DNA of 64,000 bases from NCBI GenBank assembly GCA_951406725.2, contig OX597818.1, positions 23,684,001 through 23,748,000 of the forward strand, in the 5' to 3' direction. Position 1 is the first letter of the stretch. Each line of letters starts with the position of its first letter. Shown one piece after another: positions 29,786 to 42,759 of this stretch. The notes beneath the pieces are model-generated. The model was not told the origin of the DNA. It worked only from the letters and a program-made list of their open reading frames with translations, and searched no databases. A program made the position numbers and the translations under genes. Source of the DNA: Octopus vulgaris. Taxonomy: Eukaryota.

Positions 29786-32419
29786 TATAATATAGAAACT
29801 AAAACATTTCTCTTAAGGTTACAAAAATACAAATTTATACAAATTTCTGATATAAATCTGAAAATTACATCCTTCTAGAATTTGATATTTGTTGTGTTTT
29901 TGTGGGGAGGTGGTGAAGAAAACTAATAATCAAGTATTTCCAATTTTGTGATTCCTTAGAAATATAAACAATTGGGGAGTGCACACACGCTTGTATCATG
30001 GTGTGGGCTTCATAAGAGAAATAAGAGGAAATAAACTCAGGACAGTGCAAGTAAATGAAATATTCATGAATTATTTATTACTTCCACTGCTAACAGTTAT
30101 ACATTCAAATATATCTTTAGAAAATTAGCAGTTAAATGGCCAGATTCAATAGGAGCTAAATATCACAACAAAGTACAGTCTCTGTGATGGGATTCCAACA
30201 ATCCAATTTCAGACAAAAGTTCAATAATCTGTTGGAAATGGAAAAAAATGGCCAGCTGCTAAAGAAATATTTAGAGATGAATGACTGAGTGAATATTGTC
30301 AGCTTATATTTTGAGAAATATAAATGCCCAGTACACACAACAAAATGAACACACACACACACATACAACACACACACAAACACACACACAAACACACACA
30401 CACACACACACACACAAATAACTTAAAAACATTGAAGATGTGATCAACTTGGTTTTCCCCTTTGTCATGAGGTAAAAAGTAATTGGCTGTGTAAAATCAC
30501 TCAACCTGCTAGAAATATCAGCCAAGCTTCTCTCAAGAATCACCCCCACAGTCTTAAAAATGGATACATTTTGCTTAATGTAGCTCTGGTTAAATAAAGT
30601 CAGAAAAAAAGGCAGAATGGTTACAGTGGGAATATCTTTTGATCAGGGCTGAGCTGGGGCTAGGCAACAATTACAACATATTCATTTTGTGTACATTTTG
30701 ACTATGATTAATGTCTTTACTAAACTTATTGCTGCTTTCTGTCCCCTCTTTTACCCTTTTCAGACAAGTTGTAATGCACTTGAGCACTGTATACAGTAAG
30801 CTCATTATCATTGTACAAATAACACAGGAACATACATTTTTGCATGTTGTTGTTGCTGTTAGATGGCAAGTTAATAGAGCACCAAAAAATTACTTTCTGG
30901 CATTTAGTTATAATCATTCTGATTTCAAATGCTGCCAGATTCAGTTTTGCCTTTCATGTTTCTGGGGTTATGAAAACAAGTATTCCTCCACAGAAAATTT
31001 CAACTTTTATACATGCACAATGTAGCACACAAATAAAGAACAATAACAAACATTTCAATAATGCAATGAGAAAGAAATATTGAATATCAGCTTCAGGTTA
31101 AATTGCACTGCTTACCAAATTCCTAATGCTTATTTGCAGAGACAACAGAAATAGTGTGGATTCATGCAAAGCATTCACTTCATTGTCATTTTCATTATAT
31201 GAAATAATTTCAGATTCAGAGAAGCTAAGAACTAGATAGTCTAGATTCATTTTTTAAATCCTTTCTGTGATTCTCACTGTTAACAAAGTTGTTTTTGATA
31301 GTCTAGGAAGTTGTAAGGGTTACATATCACTTTTATCATTATCATCTTATTCTTCTTTATCTAAAAGATTTGGCACTGAATATATTGTTTCAAAAAACAC
31401 TCAGTGAATGGAGTATTGATGTAAAAGTCTGACCAGCACAAAAACCATCCTAGCATGTTTTTCTTTGTAATCAGTTTATCTGTTTGCTACACCCTGCATA
31501 TTTGATGCATTGATAATAAAACCATTTGCAATTGGCTTTTTCTTTCATGGCCATAAGGAGAATTAATGTACAGTTTGGATTTGGAGTACAAAGAAAAATA
31601 TGTAGGGGAATGAAAACTGTACAGTGTGTTCAGTTTTTCATCCTCAGAAGTCATACAAACATTGTAACAACAAAGAGTAAACATAGAAAGATAAAAACTA
31701 GGATTTTCAGTAATGAATGAAATAAAGAATGGAAAATAAAAATGAAGATAACTCAAAGAAATAAGGCATTGGGTTAATTCTTCTACTCCTGAGAAAAAAA
31801 TATAAGAAATTTAAAAGGACTGTTTATCAATATCAAGAATTAACCAGCATTAACTAGCAGTTAATTTGCCAACATTGTTAATTTCTTGATCCCTTTACTT
31901 GTTCTGTCTGATTTTTCTTTATTTTCTTTGCCCAAAGTTTCCTCACTGTTTTACCAAAATTTATAAGAGCATTATCACCCTAGCCCCATGACTCATCTGC
32001 ATATATATATATATCAAAGAGAGACAGAAGTGGAAAAAGTTTGATAAAAGGAAATAGGGGAAGAGTGATATTTTCAGTCATGAGGTAAAGAAGAATATTT
32101 TACTCAACTCAAAAATAATTCTAATCATTTAAGTGAGGTCATGTATCCAAGTTTTGAAATTTCTTAATCATGCCAAACACTTCCTTGAATTATACTGATA
32201 AGAACCACTTGAAAGTACTGAAATCTGCTACTAATAGTTACACTAAAATAACTAGAGACACTAAATACTTCACACAAAGTGTTTCTCTATTTTTCTCACA
32301 TTAAGAATAACAAACTTCCAGGAACCTTGAAATTTATTTACTATATATAAAATAATAAAAGTTCCAAAATATCTTCAGTTAAAAAAACACCATGATGATG
32401 ATGTTGATTATCTCTAAAT

Positions 32420-34990
32420 CCATCATCGTTTAACATCCGCTTTCCATGCTGGTATGGGTTGGACAGTTTGACTGAGAACTGGTGAGCCAGAGACTGCATC
32501 AGGCTCAATCTGACTTGGCAAAAATTCTACAGCTGGATGCAAATTCTGAGAGTGTAGTGGGTGCTTTTTATGTGCCACCAGCATGAGGGCCAGTCAGGCA
32601 GTTCTGGCAATGACCACACTCAAAAGGTGTATTTACATGCTACCTGCATGGGAGCCAGTCCAGTGGCACTGGCAACAACCACACTCAAATGTTGTTTTTC
32701 ACATGCCTCTGGCACATGTGCCAGTAAGGCAATGCTAGCAACGATCAGGCTTGAATGGTGCTTTTCACGTGTCACCGGTATGGGAGCCAATCCATGGCGC
32801 TGGCAACGATCATGCCCGGATGTGCTTTTAATGTTCCACTGGCACGAGTACCAATCAGGCGGTACTGTCATCGGCCACATCAGCAATTTTGATTTGTTTA
32901 CACTTGCCTCAATAGGTCTTCGTAAGCAAAGTGCATTGCCCAATGAATGAGGGGTACTCATAAATGGGCCGGTTACACCCCCACATTTGGATGTGCTTTT
33001 AACGTTCCACTGACATGAGTGCCAATCAGGCAGTTCTGTCATCGGCCACGTCAGCAACTTTGATTTTGATTTTGATTTCACTTGCCTCAATAGGTCTTCA
33101 CAAGCAAGGTTTATTGTACAATGAATGAGGGGTATTCATAAATGGGTTGGTTACACCCACTGGCATAGGCCATGGGCTATGGTCTCACTTGGCTTGTCAG
33201 GTCTTCTCAAGCACAGCATATCTCCAAAGGTCCCGGTTACCAGTCATTGCCATGGTAAGGCCCAATGTTTGAAGATCATGCTTCACCACCTCATCCCAGG
33301 TTTTCCTAGGTCTACCTCTTCCATAGGTTCCCTCAACTGCTAGGTTGTGACACTTTTTCACACAGCTGCCCTCATTCATTCACAACACATGACCATACCA
33401 GCGCAGTCATCTCTCTTGCACACCACATCTGATGCTTCTTAAATCCAACTTTTCACTCAGGGCGCTTACACTCTGTCGTGCATGCATACTGACATTACAT
33501 ATCCAGCGGAGCATACTGGCTTTATTCCTTGTGAGCTTACGCATATCCTCAGTAGTTATGGCTCATGTTTCACTGCCATGTAGCATGGCTGTTCGCACAC
33601 ATGCGTCATACAGTCTACCTTTTATTCTGAGTGAGAGGCCCTTTGTCACCAGCAGAGGTAGGAGCTCTCTGAACTTTGCCCAGACTATTCTTATTCTAGC
33701 AGCTACACTTTCAGAGCATCCACCCTGCTACTGACTTGGTCACCTAGGTAACGGAAGCTATCAACTACTTCTAGTTTTTCTCCCCGGAATGTGGAAGAAG
33801 CTGTTCTCTGCACATTTTCTGTGTTTATAGCACCTGAGCATTTTTCACATACAAAAACTATCTTCCCAGTTATTTGATATTGCTGTACCTCTTATGTGTC
33901 CATAGCTTACACTGGGTGCATCTTATTGAGTTTCTACCTATGCCTTTTCTACATATCGAGCAGGGCCATCAACCTGAAGGGATTTGTGGTTTGTCTTCCT
34001 TCCTACTAATTAGGACTTTGGCTTTTGCTAGGTTGACTCTAAGGCCCTTTGATTCTAATCCTTGCTTCCACACCTGAAAATTTTCCTCTAATTCTGATAG
34101 TGAATCAGCAATTAGAGCAAGGTTATCAGCATAGAGAAACTCTTAGGCGCATCCTGTCTTGAATTCTTCTGTTATTGCCTGGAGGACTATGATGAATAAG
34201 AGGGGGCTGAGGACTGATCCTTGGTGGACCCCTACCCCTACTCAGAATTCTTCACTGTACTCATTGCCAACTCTCACCTTACTGACATCATCCCTATACA
34301 TGGCTTGCACAGCTCTCACTAACCATTCATCTAACCTTAGTTTCCTCATTGACCACCAGATAAGAGACCGGGGGACCCTCTCAAAGGCTTTCTCCATGTC
34401 AACGAAAGCCAGATACAGAGGTTTATCTTTGGCTAGGTATTTCTCTTGCAGCTGTCTTACCAGAAATATAGCATCAGTGGTGCTTTTCCCTGGCGCAAAC
34501 CCAAACAGCATCTCATCTAGACTGACTCTCTCCTTAATTAGTTGGCCTATGACCTTCTCCGTGACCTTCATTACCTGATCCAACAACTTGATACCTCTGT
34601 AATTATTTGTATCTAAAGTGTCACCTTTACCTTTGTAGCAGTTGACTATGGTGCTGCTACACCAGTCATTGGGTATGACTCCTTTCATGTATCACCTGGT
34701 TAACTATACGGGTGACTAAGCTATAGCCAACACCGCCAGATATTTTGAGCATCTCTGCAGTGACTCCTGATGAGCCTAGGGCTTTCCCTTACTTCATATC
34801 CTTAATTGCTTTATCTACCAAGGTACTGTCAACTCAGATAGCAGGTCCCTTTGTTGTGTCGACATTCGGCAGACTTTCTTTCTCCCATTCATCCTCTTTA
34901 TTGAACAACCTTTCATAGTGGCACCTGCAAACCTCTCTCTTTGCAGCCTTGTTTAATGCAAGTGAACCATGATTCATGTGGACATATTTT
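32420..34990 (-). mobile_element. 5'-truncated RTE-clade LINE with repetitive 3' UTR and (GAT)n tail
   Basis: NYRGIKLL, FVDMEKAF, QGSVLSPLLF, LYADNL, FRYLG and GRGRPRKTW motifs with stops; tandem-duplicated 3' UTR at 32560-33160. Confidence 0.92.
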
Positions 34991-35394
34991 TTCCTATCAC
35001 CTCTTGTATCTGCCTGTAGGTTACAAGCAGATAAAAAGTGCCAGAACTTCCTTGCTAAAATGTACATAGTAGATATATGCATATATAATAATCTTTTCTA
35101 TTAAGGTGCAAGGCCAGAAGTTTTGAACAGAAGGATGTAAGTTGATTATATTGACATCAGTGCTTAACTGATACTTACCTCATCAACCTCAAAAGAATGA
35201 AAGGCAAAGCACCTCAGTGGAATTAAAACTCATAAGAAAGACAGAAAAAATGGCATTAAGCATTTCGTCCAACATGCACTAAAGATTCTGCCAGCCTTAT
35301 GTGTATATATAATAATATGCACATATTTAAGATAGATATATGCATATGTAACATGCACATATCTGTCATATAGATATGTGTACCTCTGTATATT

Positions 35395-35432
<38 letters not shown>

Positions 35433-35433
<1 letters not shown>

Positions 35434-35820
35434 GGAAAAAAAGTCAAGATAGAAAATGCTAAAATAATTTTATAAAAAACATTTCAGTACCGGTTTCAGT
35501 CATTGAGACTTTTTCAACTGTAAGTATGGAAAACAATTAAATTTTGGAAAAATTAAAAGAAAAGTTTTTTTAAAAGAATATTTGCATAGTGTTCAAATAC
35601 AAGAGTAAACAAGAGAGACAGAGACAGGCAGAAACAAGGAAAATACCACTTGTATTTGAACCCTATGCAAATATTCTTTTAAAAATACTTTTCTTTTAAT
35701 TTTTCCAAAATTTAATTGTTTTCCATAATCAAATTTGAATAAGTCTCAATGTCTGAAGCCGGTACTGAAATGTTTTTTATAAAATTATTTTAGCATTTTC
35801 TTTCTTGACGTTTTTTTCCA
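35433..35820. repeat. ~390-bp imperfect palindrome in (TA)n (inverted Penelope-like pseudo-LTR)
   Basis: Arms about 35433-35603 and 35649-35820 are reverse complements with scattered mismatches; decayed hammerhead on the minus strand at 35485-35520. Confidence 0.85.
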
Positions 35821-36307
35821 TATATATCAACTTGTATGTTCCTTTTCAACCTGCTACATATATATATATATTTATATTTATATATATATATGTATACTTG
35901 CATGGTAGAAGTCAACTTCCTAAACTCAGTAAGTCCATGCAAATGTTCTGAGAGTTCAAGAGGCTACTCTGTACTTGAATTTGTTTTGAATGGATAGTGA
36001 TGCACAGCACTGTATCTTCTTTTCAGTGCAATCAGTTATAACACCAGTGGCACAACAGAAGTTGAGACACTTCACTTTTTGACACAAGTTTACCTTCTCC
36101 TAGGATGAAAACTAAAGGCCCTTGACTCCCAGTGATTCTAACAGAGGCGAATACTCTGAAGCAAGATATACCTGAGAACTGTAGTGGCTAAGAGGTGGTT
36201 CCACACTCTGCAGAATCTACCAAGGTACTGTCAAATCGGATAGCAGGTCCCTACTGGAGGCAGTTTAAAATCATACATACGTACATACATACATAAAACA
36301 CACACAT

Positions 36308-36378
<71 letters not shown>

Positions 36379-36615
36379 TAATACCTTTTTAATGACACAG
36401 CTCCATGTCTCTCAAATCTTTTTCATTTGAAATTCATACAAATATGAAACCAGTTAAACATATTAAATATTAATATAAATAAATCTTCTTAAACATTCTC
36501 TGTGCTTTTTCAACTTATTTTATTTCCTTTATACAACTATTTGTCTGGATTAGTAACTATTTTATGCATGCACACACAAATGCACACACAAATGCACACA
36601 CACACACACACATCT

Positions 36616-37434
36616 CAGTGGTGACTCCAGCACCCGGGCTGTTTGGGCTTAGTCTGAGTATAAATTTAGTAAAATGAATGTGTCATTGCAAGCTGATTTA
36701 ATTTCTGCCAACACTAATATCAAGTATGTAATTGCAGCCAATAACTCGGGCTGCTTTTATTGAGCCTGGTCGCAGTTCATTTATTTTCGCTCAATGTCTG
36801 ACAGTTGTCTTAGAGGTGCCCTGTGTCAAAAAATATTATTCACAACTAACGTTCTCTCAACATCATTCACACGTACATGACTCAGGCTCAGAAGTCACAG
36901 CCTAAGTTGTTAGTTGTTATCTATAATCATAAAAATTAAAAGTAATTCAAATTCAATGTTTTCTTGAAACAATAAATTCCTATAGAGATTAGGATTTGAA
37001 TTTCAATCGATAAAAAGATTCCGTTCTACAATATTCTTAAGGAACAAAAAATTATCCAGCAACTCAGGCTAATATGAATGAGCCTGGTAGCTGTAAAAGA
37101 CTAACTGGCATCTCTTATCAAGAGTACAGGCGACAGTCAGATCGCCGATGTTTGTTGTGCACTCTGCTGTTGTTATTTGATTAGTGTTATTTTGTGCATC
37201 TGTGCATAAAGATCAGTTGTGTTTTGCAGGGTTGCTTTATTTTTACCCTTAACTTAGAAATGGAGAAAGACATAGTGCTTGATATGAAAAATAGGCCATT
37301 TGGGGCCAGAAATATTGTGGGAAAATGTGAAATTTTCAAGTAGACATATGTCTTATGTGTGAAATCTGTGATGAACCCAAGTGACAAAATCTGTGATAAG
37401 CCTGAGTGACACTGATGACCTGGCATCGCCTCTG
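36616..37434. mobile_element. Putative non-autonomous DNA transposon (hAT-like MITE)
   Basis: Imperfect TIRs CAGTGGTGACTCCAG / CTGGCATCGCCTCTG and repeated AGCCTG/CAGGCT internal motifs; TSD not clean. Confidence 0.4.
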
Positions 37435-37540
37435 ATATATATATATATATATATAGAAACGATTGTATATATATACTAGTCTTCCTTGTTTGTTTTGCAA
37501 TATCTAATAATATTTTATATATATATATATTATATATATA

Positions 37541-37907
37541 CTAGCAATATCACCGGGCATTGCTTTAGAATTGGAATTTTTGAATAGTAAAAATTTTGCA
37601 TTATGTAGCTTGTTATTCTCTTTAAGTGAACATTTTTCTGGTTGAAATACACCAAAAAATGACGACAGTAAAAAAATCGTAAAAAAATAGGGATTTTCAT
37701 AGAAAAAAAGCACCTTTTTGATGTAAATAATTTTTGGTGTTAACATGGTCCGATTTGAATTTTTTCTTCTACGGAAGGAAGAGCAAGCCTTCTTCTATCA
37801 TACTCTCAATTTTGGTCAACTTGTGCCACAGGGTCTCGAGGAGATAGTGTTAGGTGAAGGCTACCAAACCTGCCATATACAGACAACTTCAGCTTTATAT
37901 ATATAGA
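37541..37907 (-). mobile_element. Second non-autonomous Helitron-like family
   Basis: CTAG plus decayed hairpin at one end and TATATAGA at the other, as for 13106; a further Helitron-like 5' half may follow to about 38345. Confidence 0.6.
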
Positions 37908-38337
37908 TAATTGGTAGGTGTTCACAAAGTCCAAACCATTAATACGAAAAAACCCTCCAGGTTACATCCCGAAAATTAATTTCTTTGCCGAATTTCTACA
38001 ATGTTTACGGCGATTCGTTTTTATATCTTGATTTTTTATTTTTCATGCAATTTACGCATGCTTGCACGCATGGTGAACACAGTTCACGTCAAATAGCTGA
38101 CTGAGTAAAGTTCACTATTCAATGCATGGGATAAGGCCTAAACAAACACATTATCGATTTTTGCACTTGCGAGATGAATTTCGGAACAGAAATAGCACAG
38201 TTCAATTTTCATTCGCCTAAACTTTAATTGACCCATTTTTGGTGGTTCTACGATTTGTTGGCTAGGAGGAGATGTGCTGGGAAGTTAAACACAGAGACAC
38301 ACACACAGATACACACACAGACACACAAGTTGAGTTT

Positions 38338-38368
<31 letters not shown>

Positions 38369-39178
38369 ATATACACATATGTATAATAATATAAATAATA
38401 TATATATGCATACAGGATGTCACCAACAGTAAACAACATGAAATACAAAAACAAATATTGTTTACTGCTGGCGACGTCTTGTACCCATATATATATTATT
38501 TATATCATTATTTGATTGAATGTCACACATCCATTTCCAAGTAAGTTTATCTTAATCTTTTTGACACGACTCCACTCTATACTTTCATTTTCTTCATCGT
38601 TTCCCCTTTCATCCTTTTCCCTAATTCCCTTTTTCTCCCCTTCACTGTTTTCTATCTCTCACTCACTCTCTCTCTCCCTCTTTCTCCTTTTCTCTCTCTC
38701 ATTGCTCACACATGACCATCGTCCATCTTTCTTTTCCTCGTGTAATCATCTTTCTTTTCTTTCAGGACTGTCCTAAGGACCGGACGTATCCTATCTCTCT
38801 CTCTTCCATCTTTTCTCTTGTCCAAGAAAATATTTCTCCAGCGTTCGCTATTTTACCCTCATTCTTGAAAACAAACATGACCCTCCATGTTTGTTTTCGT
38901 TCGGTTTCCTTGTATATCTCCACTGTCCTGTTTTTGTTCCCAACTTTGGCCTTCCATAAATCCCAAATTTTACTTTGGCACTTATGGGAGCAACTGTCTT
39001 TGAAGATTCATATGGTCATTCAATGCTCCAAATGAGGAGTAGATAGACAGCCAACAACTGATGAATGGCCGTTCTTTGTGTTACTTGTCCTGTTTTCCAT
39101 TTGTTTCTCTCGTTGTTTGCATATTAAACTCATTTGTTTCCGTATTTTCTGTTGTTTACTGTTGGTGACGTCCTGTAC

Positions 39179-39244
<66 letters not shown>

Positions 39245-39599
39245 TATATTATTATTTGATAGAATGTTACGCATCCATTTCCAGGTAAGTTTATATATAG
39301 CGACTACACATTCTTTATTTTCTCTCCTTGTTTCTTTCTGTGTTCCTTTCTGTGGAAGAGCATAGGCTCGAAACATTAAAGACTTTTTCACTTCCCAAGC
39401 ATTAACTAATACATCTGTTTGTTGTCTACACCACCTGTCTTCGTCTTTTTTTTTTTGTGAATTCTCTCCTTGTATATATATGACTGCACCTCTCCTTCAC
39501 GGATCAAAGTGACTTTGTTATTGGTGTGAAATCCTTAAAATATACCACGACGTCTATACATTTTTAACATTGAACTTTCAACCTTGAACTTGTTCGTAT

Positions 39600-39985
39600 A
39601 AACTGTGCCTTTCGTTTTATTTTCTCATATATTATCTTTATTTATTTTTTTTACATTCATTTCATACTTTCCACAATTTCCTGTATTTTTTTGTCCTTTC
39701 TGTCGTTTCTTCCTTCTCTGGATGTCCATAGTCTGTTTTCTTTGCTTGCACCCGGTTTTTTTGCCTCCCTCTCTCTCTCTGCTTCCTCTCTTTCTTTTTT
39801 CTATTTGTCCCATCTTCTTCGCCTTTACTCTCCTTGTTTCTTTTCTGTGTATCTTTCTGTCGAAGAGCGTAGGCTCGAAACGTAAAAGACTTGTTTTATT
39901 TCTATTCCTGAGCGCCATACTAATACATTATTTGTTTGTACTCCACCTGCCTTCGTCTTTTGTTTATTTTCGTAAACCTTCCGTT
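39600..39985 (+). mobile_element. Penelope-like pseudo-LTR family H1
   Basis: tcttt-CTGTCGA-A-GAGC-gtag-GCTC-GAAA-CG-TA-aaaga at 39852-39889; sister copy at 39290-39470. Confidence 0.7.
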
Positions 39986-40198
39986 ATATATACATATATA
40001 CAGTTATGTATCTTTGGGTGGGTCATTATGTCAATAATAAACACACATTGATTCAATTTCACTTTTTTATTTTCATTATTGGTCAACCATTTAACCAATT
40101 AACTAATCAACTGTTTGATTAATTGTTTGGTCAGTCAATCAGTCTGCTAAGTTTGTTAAAATACTTTCGTTGCCAATCACAACTTTATCAATGTTCGC

Positions 40199-40418
40199 TA
40201 TACATTGAATATACATAAAGAGGGTAATGGCTACATTTTTCATCAAACGTATGCTCCGTCAGAGCTAAATGGCAACAACAACAGTAAACACAAAATCGCA
40301 GAACTAGCTGTAATTGGACAAGACTTCCAACCATCCTCCCCCACCCAAAAAAACCACCTTTCTTTTTACATTTTTTTTTTCGACTCAACCCCACCCATTT
40401 TCGGCTACGGGAAATATG
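40199..40418 (+). repeat. Direct ~215-bp duplication of 41295-41507
   Basis: Near-identical sequence, also visible as paired ORFs in the track. Confidence 0.95.
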
Positions 40419-40649
40419 CGCGTACTCGCGCATCCGCGCCAGCTAGTCAAGACTAGTCGATCCTTACTTTGTGTTTTTGTGTTATTTATTTTGTGTTTTT
40501 GTGTTTTATTTACTTTGTTTAACAAAAATTATTTAATTTGTGTAAAAAAATTATTTATTTTGTGCTTTATTTACTTTACTAGGTAGTCGTTGTAGGATCG
40601 ACTACTTACGACTAGCTAGCGCGGATGTTCGTGTGCGCTAGTAGTACCC
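40419..40649. mobile_element. MITE with GC-rich TIRs (MULE-like GGGTAC end), left end truncated
   Basis: CATCCGCGCCAGCTAGTC..TAGTCGATCCT pairs with AGGATCGACTA..GACTAGCTAGCGCGGATG; right end is ...GTAGTACCC. Confidence 0.6.
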
Positions 40650-41676
40650 AGAAAATGTATACTGCCATATTTGTAGTTACATACAATCATACAGTCAATA
40701 AGTAAATGTGTTCTTACACATCATACAATCGCATATCTGCTCACAAACGACACAGACCTATAACGAATACGATGTTGTTACTATTGTTGTTGTTGTTGTT
40801 GCTGCTGCTGTTGATGTTGTTTCATAGAAACTTAGAGACAACAGTTACATCTTGAATTACATCGAACAATTATTTTTCTATATTCCCGCGCCCATTCTTT
40901 TGCTCCTTGAAAAGAACGGATACACATAAAACCACTCAAAGACCGCCGATAGCTTTATTGTGCCAGTCATCTGACCCAGATATCTAAAGACAGAACGGTG
41001 GTTTTATTTTCAAGATGCAAACGTGATATGTTTGAGGGTCTTGAATTTTTAAGTTTCAGTCACAGTTATTCTCGTAATCGTCGTCGTTATATTGGGGGAA
41101 ATTTTTGTAAAATAAAAAAAAAAAAAAAAGAAAACTGAAGAGCCTTTAATTTTGCACATAGGACAAAATTCTCTTTCGCTTGCTAAATAGATTTTTGTCC
41201 ATGGGGAATTATTTGAACTTAACGTTGTTAAGGGAAAACACTCGTTAATTGTGATACTTATTAACAGCAGTGAACTTTGTGGTCTCTGTTACATTATACA
41301 TTGAATAAAGAGGGTAATGGCTACATTTTTCATCAAACGTATGCTCCGTCAGAGCTAAATGGCAACAACAACAATAAACACAAAATCGCAGAACTAGCTG
41401 TAATTGGACAAGACTTCCAACCATCCTCCCCCACCCAAAAAAACCACCTTTCTTTTTACATTTTTTTTTCGACTCAACCCCACCCATTTTCGGCTACGGG
41501 AAATATGAATCAGCAAAAAAATTGGCAAAAATCGGCATTTCTAAATTACAGTAGTTTGGTAACTACTGGACGTAGAGGATCCTTTTGTTGGTTTGACTTC
41601 ACAGATCCAACCCTCTCTTTAATACCATTCCCCTGTTCAGACATGAACTCACCATTTAACAACATAAGCCTGACGT

Positions 41677-41880
41677 AAGGTGGTGAGCTGGCAGAACTGT
41701 TAGCACACCAAGCAAACTGTTTAGCGGCATTTTGTTCGTCTTTATGTTTTGAGTTCAAATTTCGCCAAGGTCGACTTAGCATTTCATCTTTTCGGGGTCG
41801 ATAAATTAAGTACTAGTTGAGCACTTTCAATGTCATCGGCTTACCTCGAACCTGCTGGCTTTGTGCCAAAATTTAAAACC
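41677..41880 (+). mobile_element. SINE family B
   Basis: GGTGGTGAGCTGGCAGAA head and TTTCATCTTTTCGGGGTCGATAAA core. Confidence 0.8.
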
Positions 41881-41948
41881 AGTTTAAGCATGATGTAAGG
41901 TACCAAGAGAAGTTAGCACTAGGGGTCTTTTCATTGCATCGGATTTAC

Positions 41949-42152
41949 GGATCTTTTCATTTTGAAGGCCAGATTTTCCTAGTTAACTAAACAATTTGAA
42001 ACTTCGTATACTGGTACGTTTAAGTTACGAATAACAATTTTGTTTTCAATTTTGTTTACAATAATGTTTTCTTTTGACACATTCTACCAGTATACGAAGT
42101 TTCAAATTGTTTAGTTAACTAGGAAAATCTGGCCTTCAAAATGAAAAGATCC
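41949..42152. mobile_element. MITE with perfect 68-bp inverted arms
   Basis: 41949-42016 is the reverse complement of 42085-42152; no TSD identified. Confidence 0.75.
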
Positions 42153-42759
42153 CGATTCGCTAGAATATTACCAACGCCATTTAAAAATTTGACCATTCAA
42201 GACTTCTTAATGGAATGTAAGAACAATTTTATCTTTGGATCGCTTTTTCTGAGCAAGAGTACGACCTACATATTCAACGCATTTTAGTCACTACCGAAAG
42301 ATGATGGACGGCAGACATTAGACAGGACACATACGACAGCAGACAGTAGTACAACCGGCAGCTGACCAGAGTGCAGTTGCAGCACAAAAACGATGAACGG
42401 ACAACGACAGCAACACACAATCATCATCTAACATCAAGAAAGAAACTCGTGATAGTGACTACTATGAAACCTAGTCCAATAACAATAAGCTTCGAAGTAT
42501 CTCGTTTACGGTAACATTTTCTTGTTTACAATAAGAATAAATATTTTTTATAAAAAATCTCAGAGATTTCAGTGTTCTTTATCGTAACACCCTAATCTAA
42601 TGGCTCCTAAGCTTCTCTATGCACACATACACACACACACCTAATGTTTGATTAATTTTCATATTCCCGACGGAAAGGTCAATTTTCTAAAACTAATATA
42701 TTAATTTATTGTTTTAGATTAAACAACAAACAGTACTGTGGGTGAAGAAAGTGGACAAA

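Noticed and set aside
36014-36110. Possible plus-strand terminal exon after TCTTCTTTTCAG (similarly 16487-16537, 27902-27955, 30178-30288)
   Set aside because: Short frames with no recognisable protein similarity; cannot be supported without transcript data.
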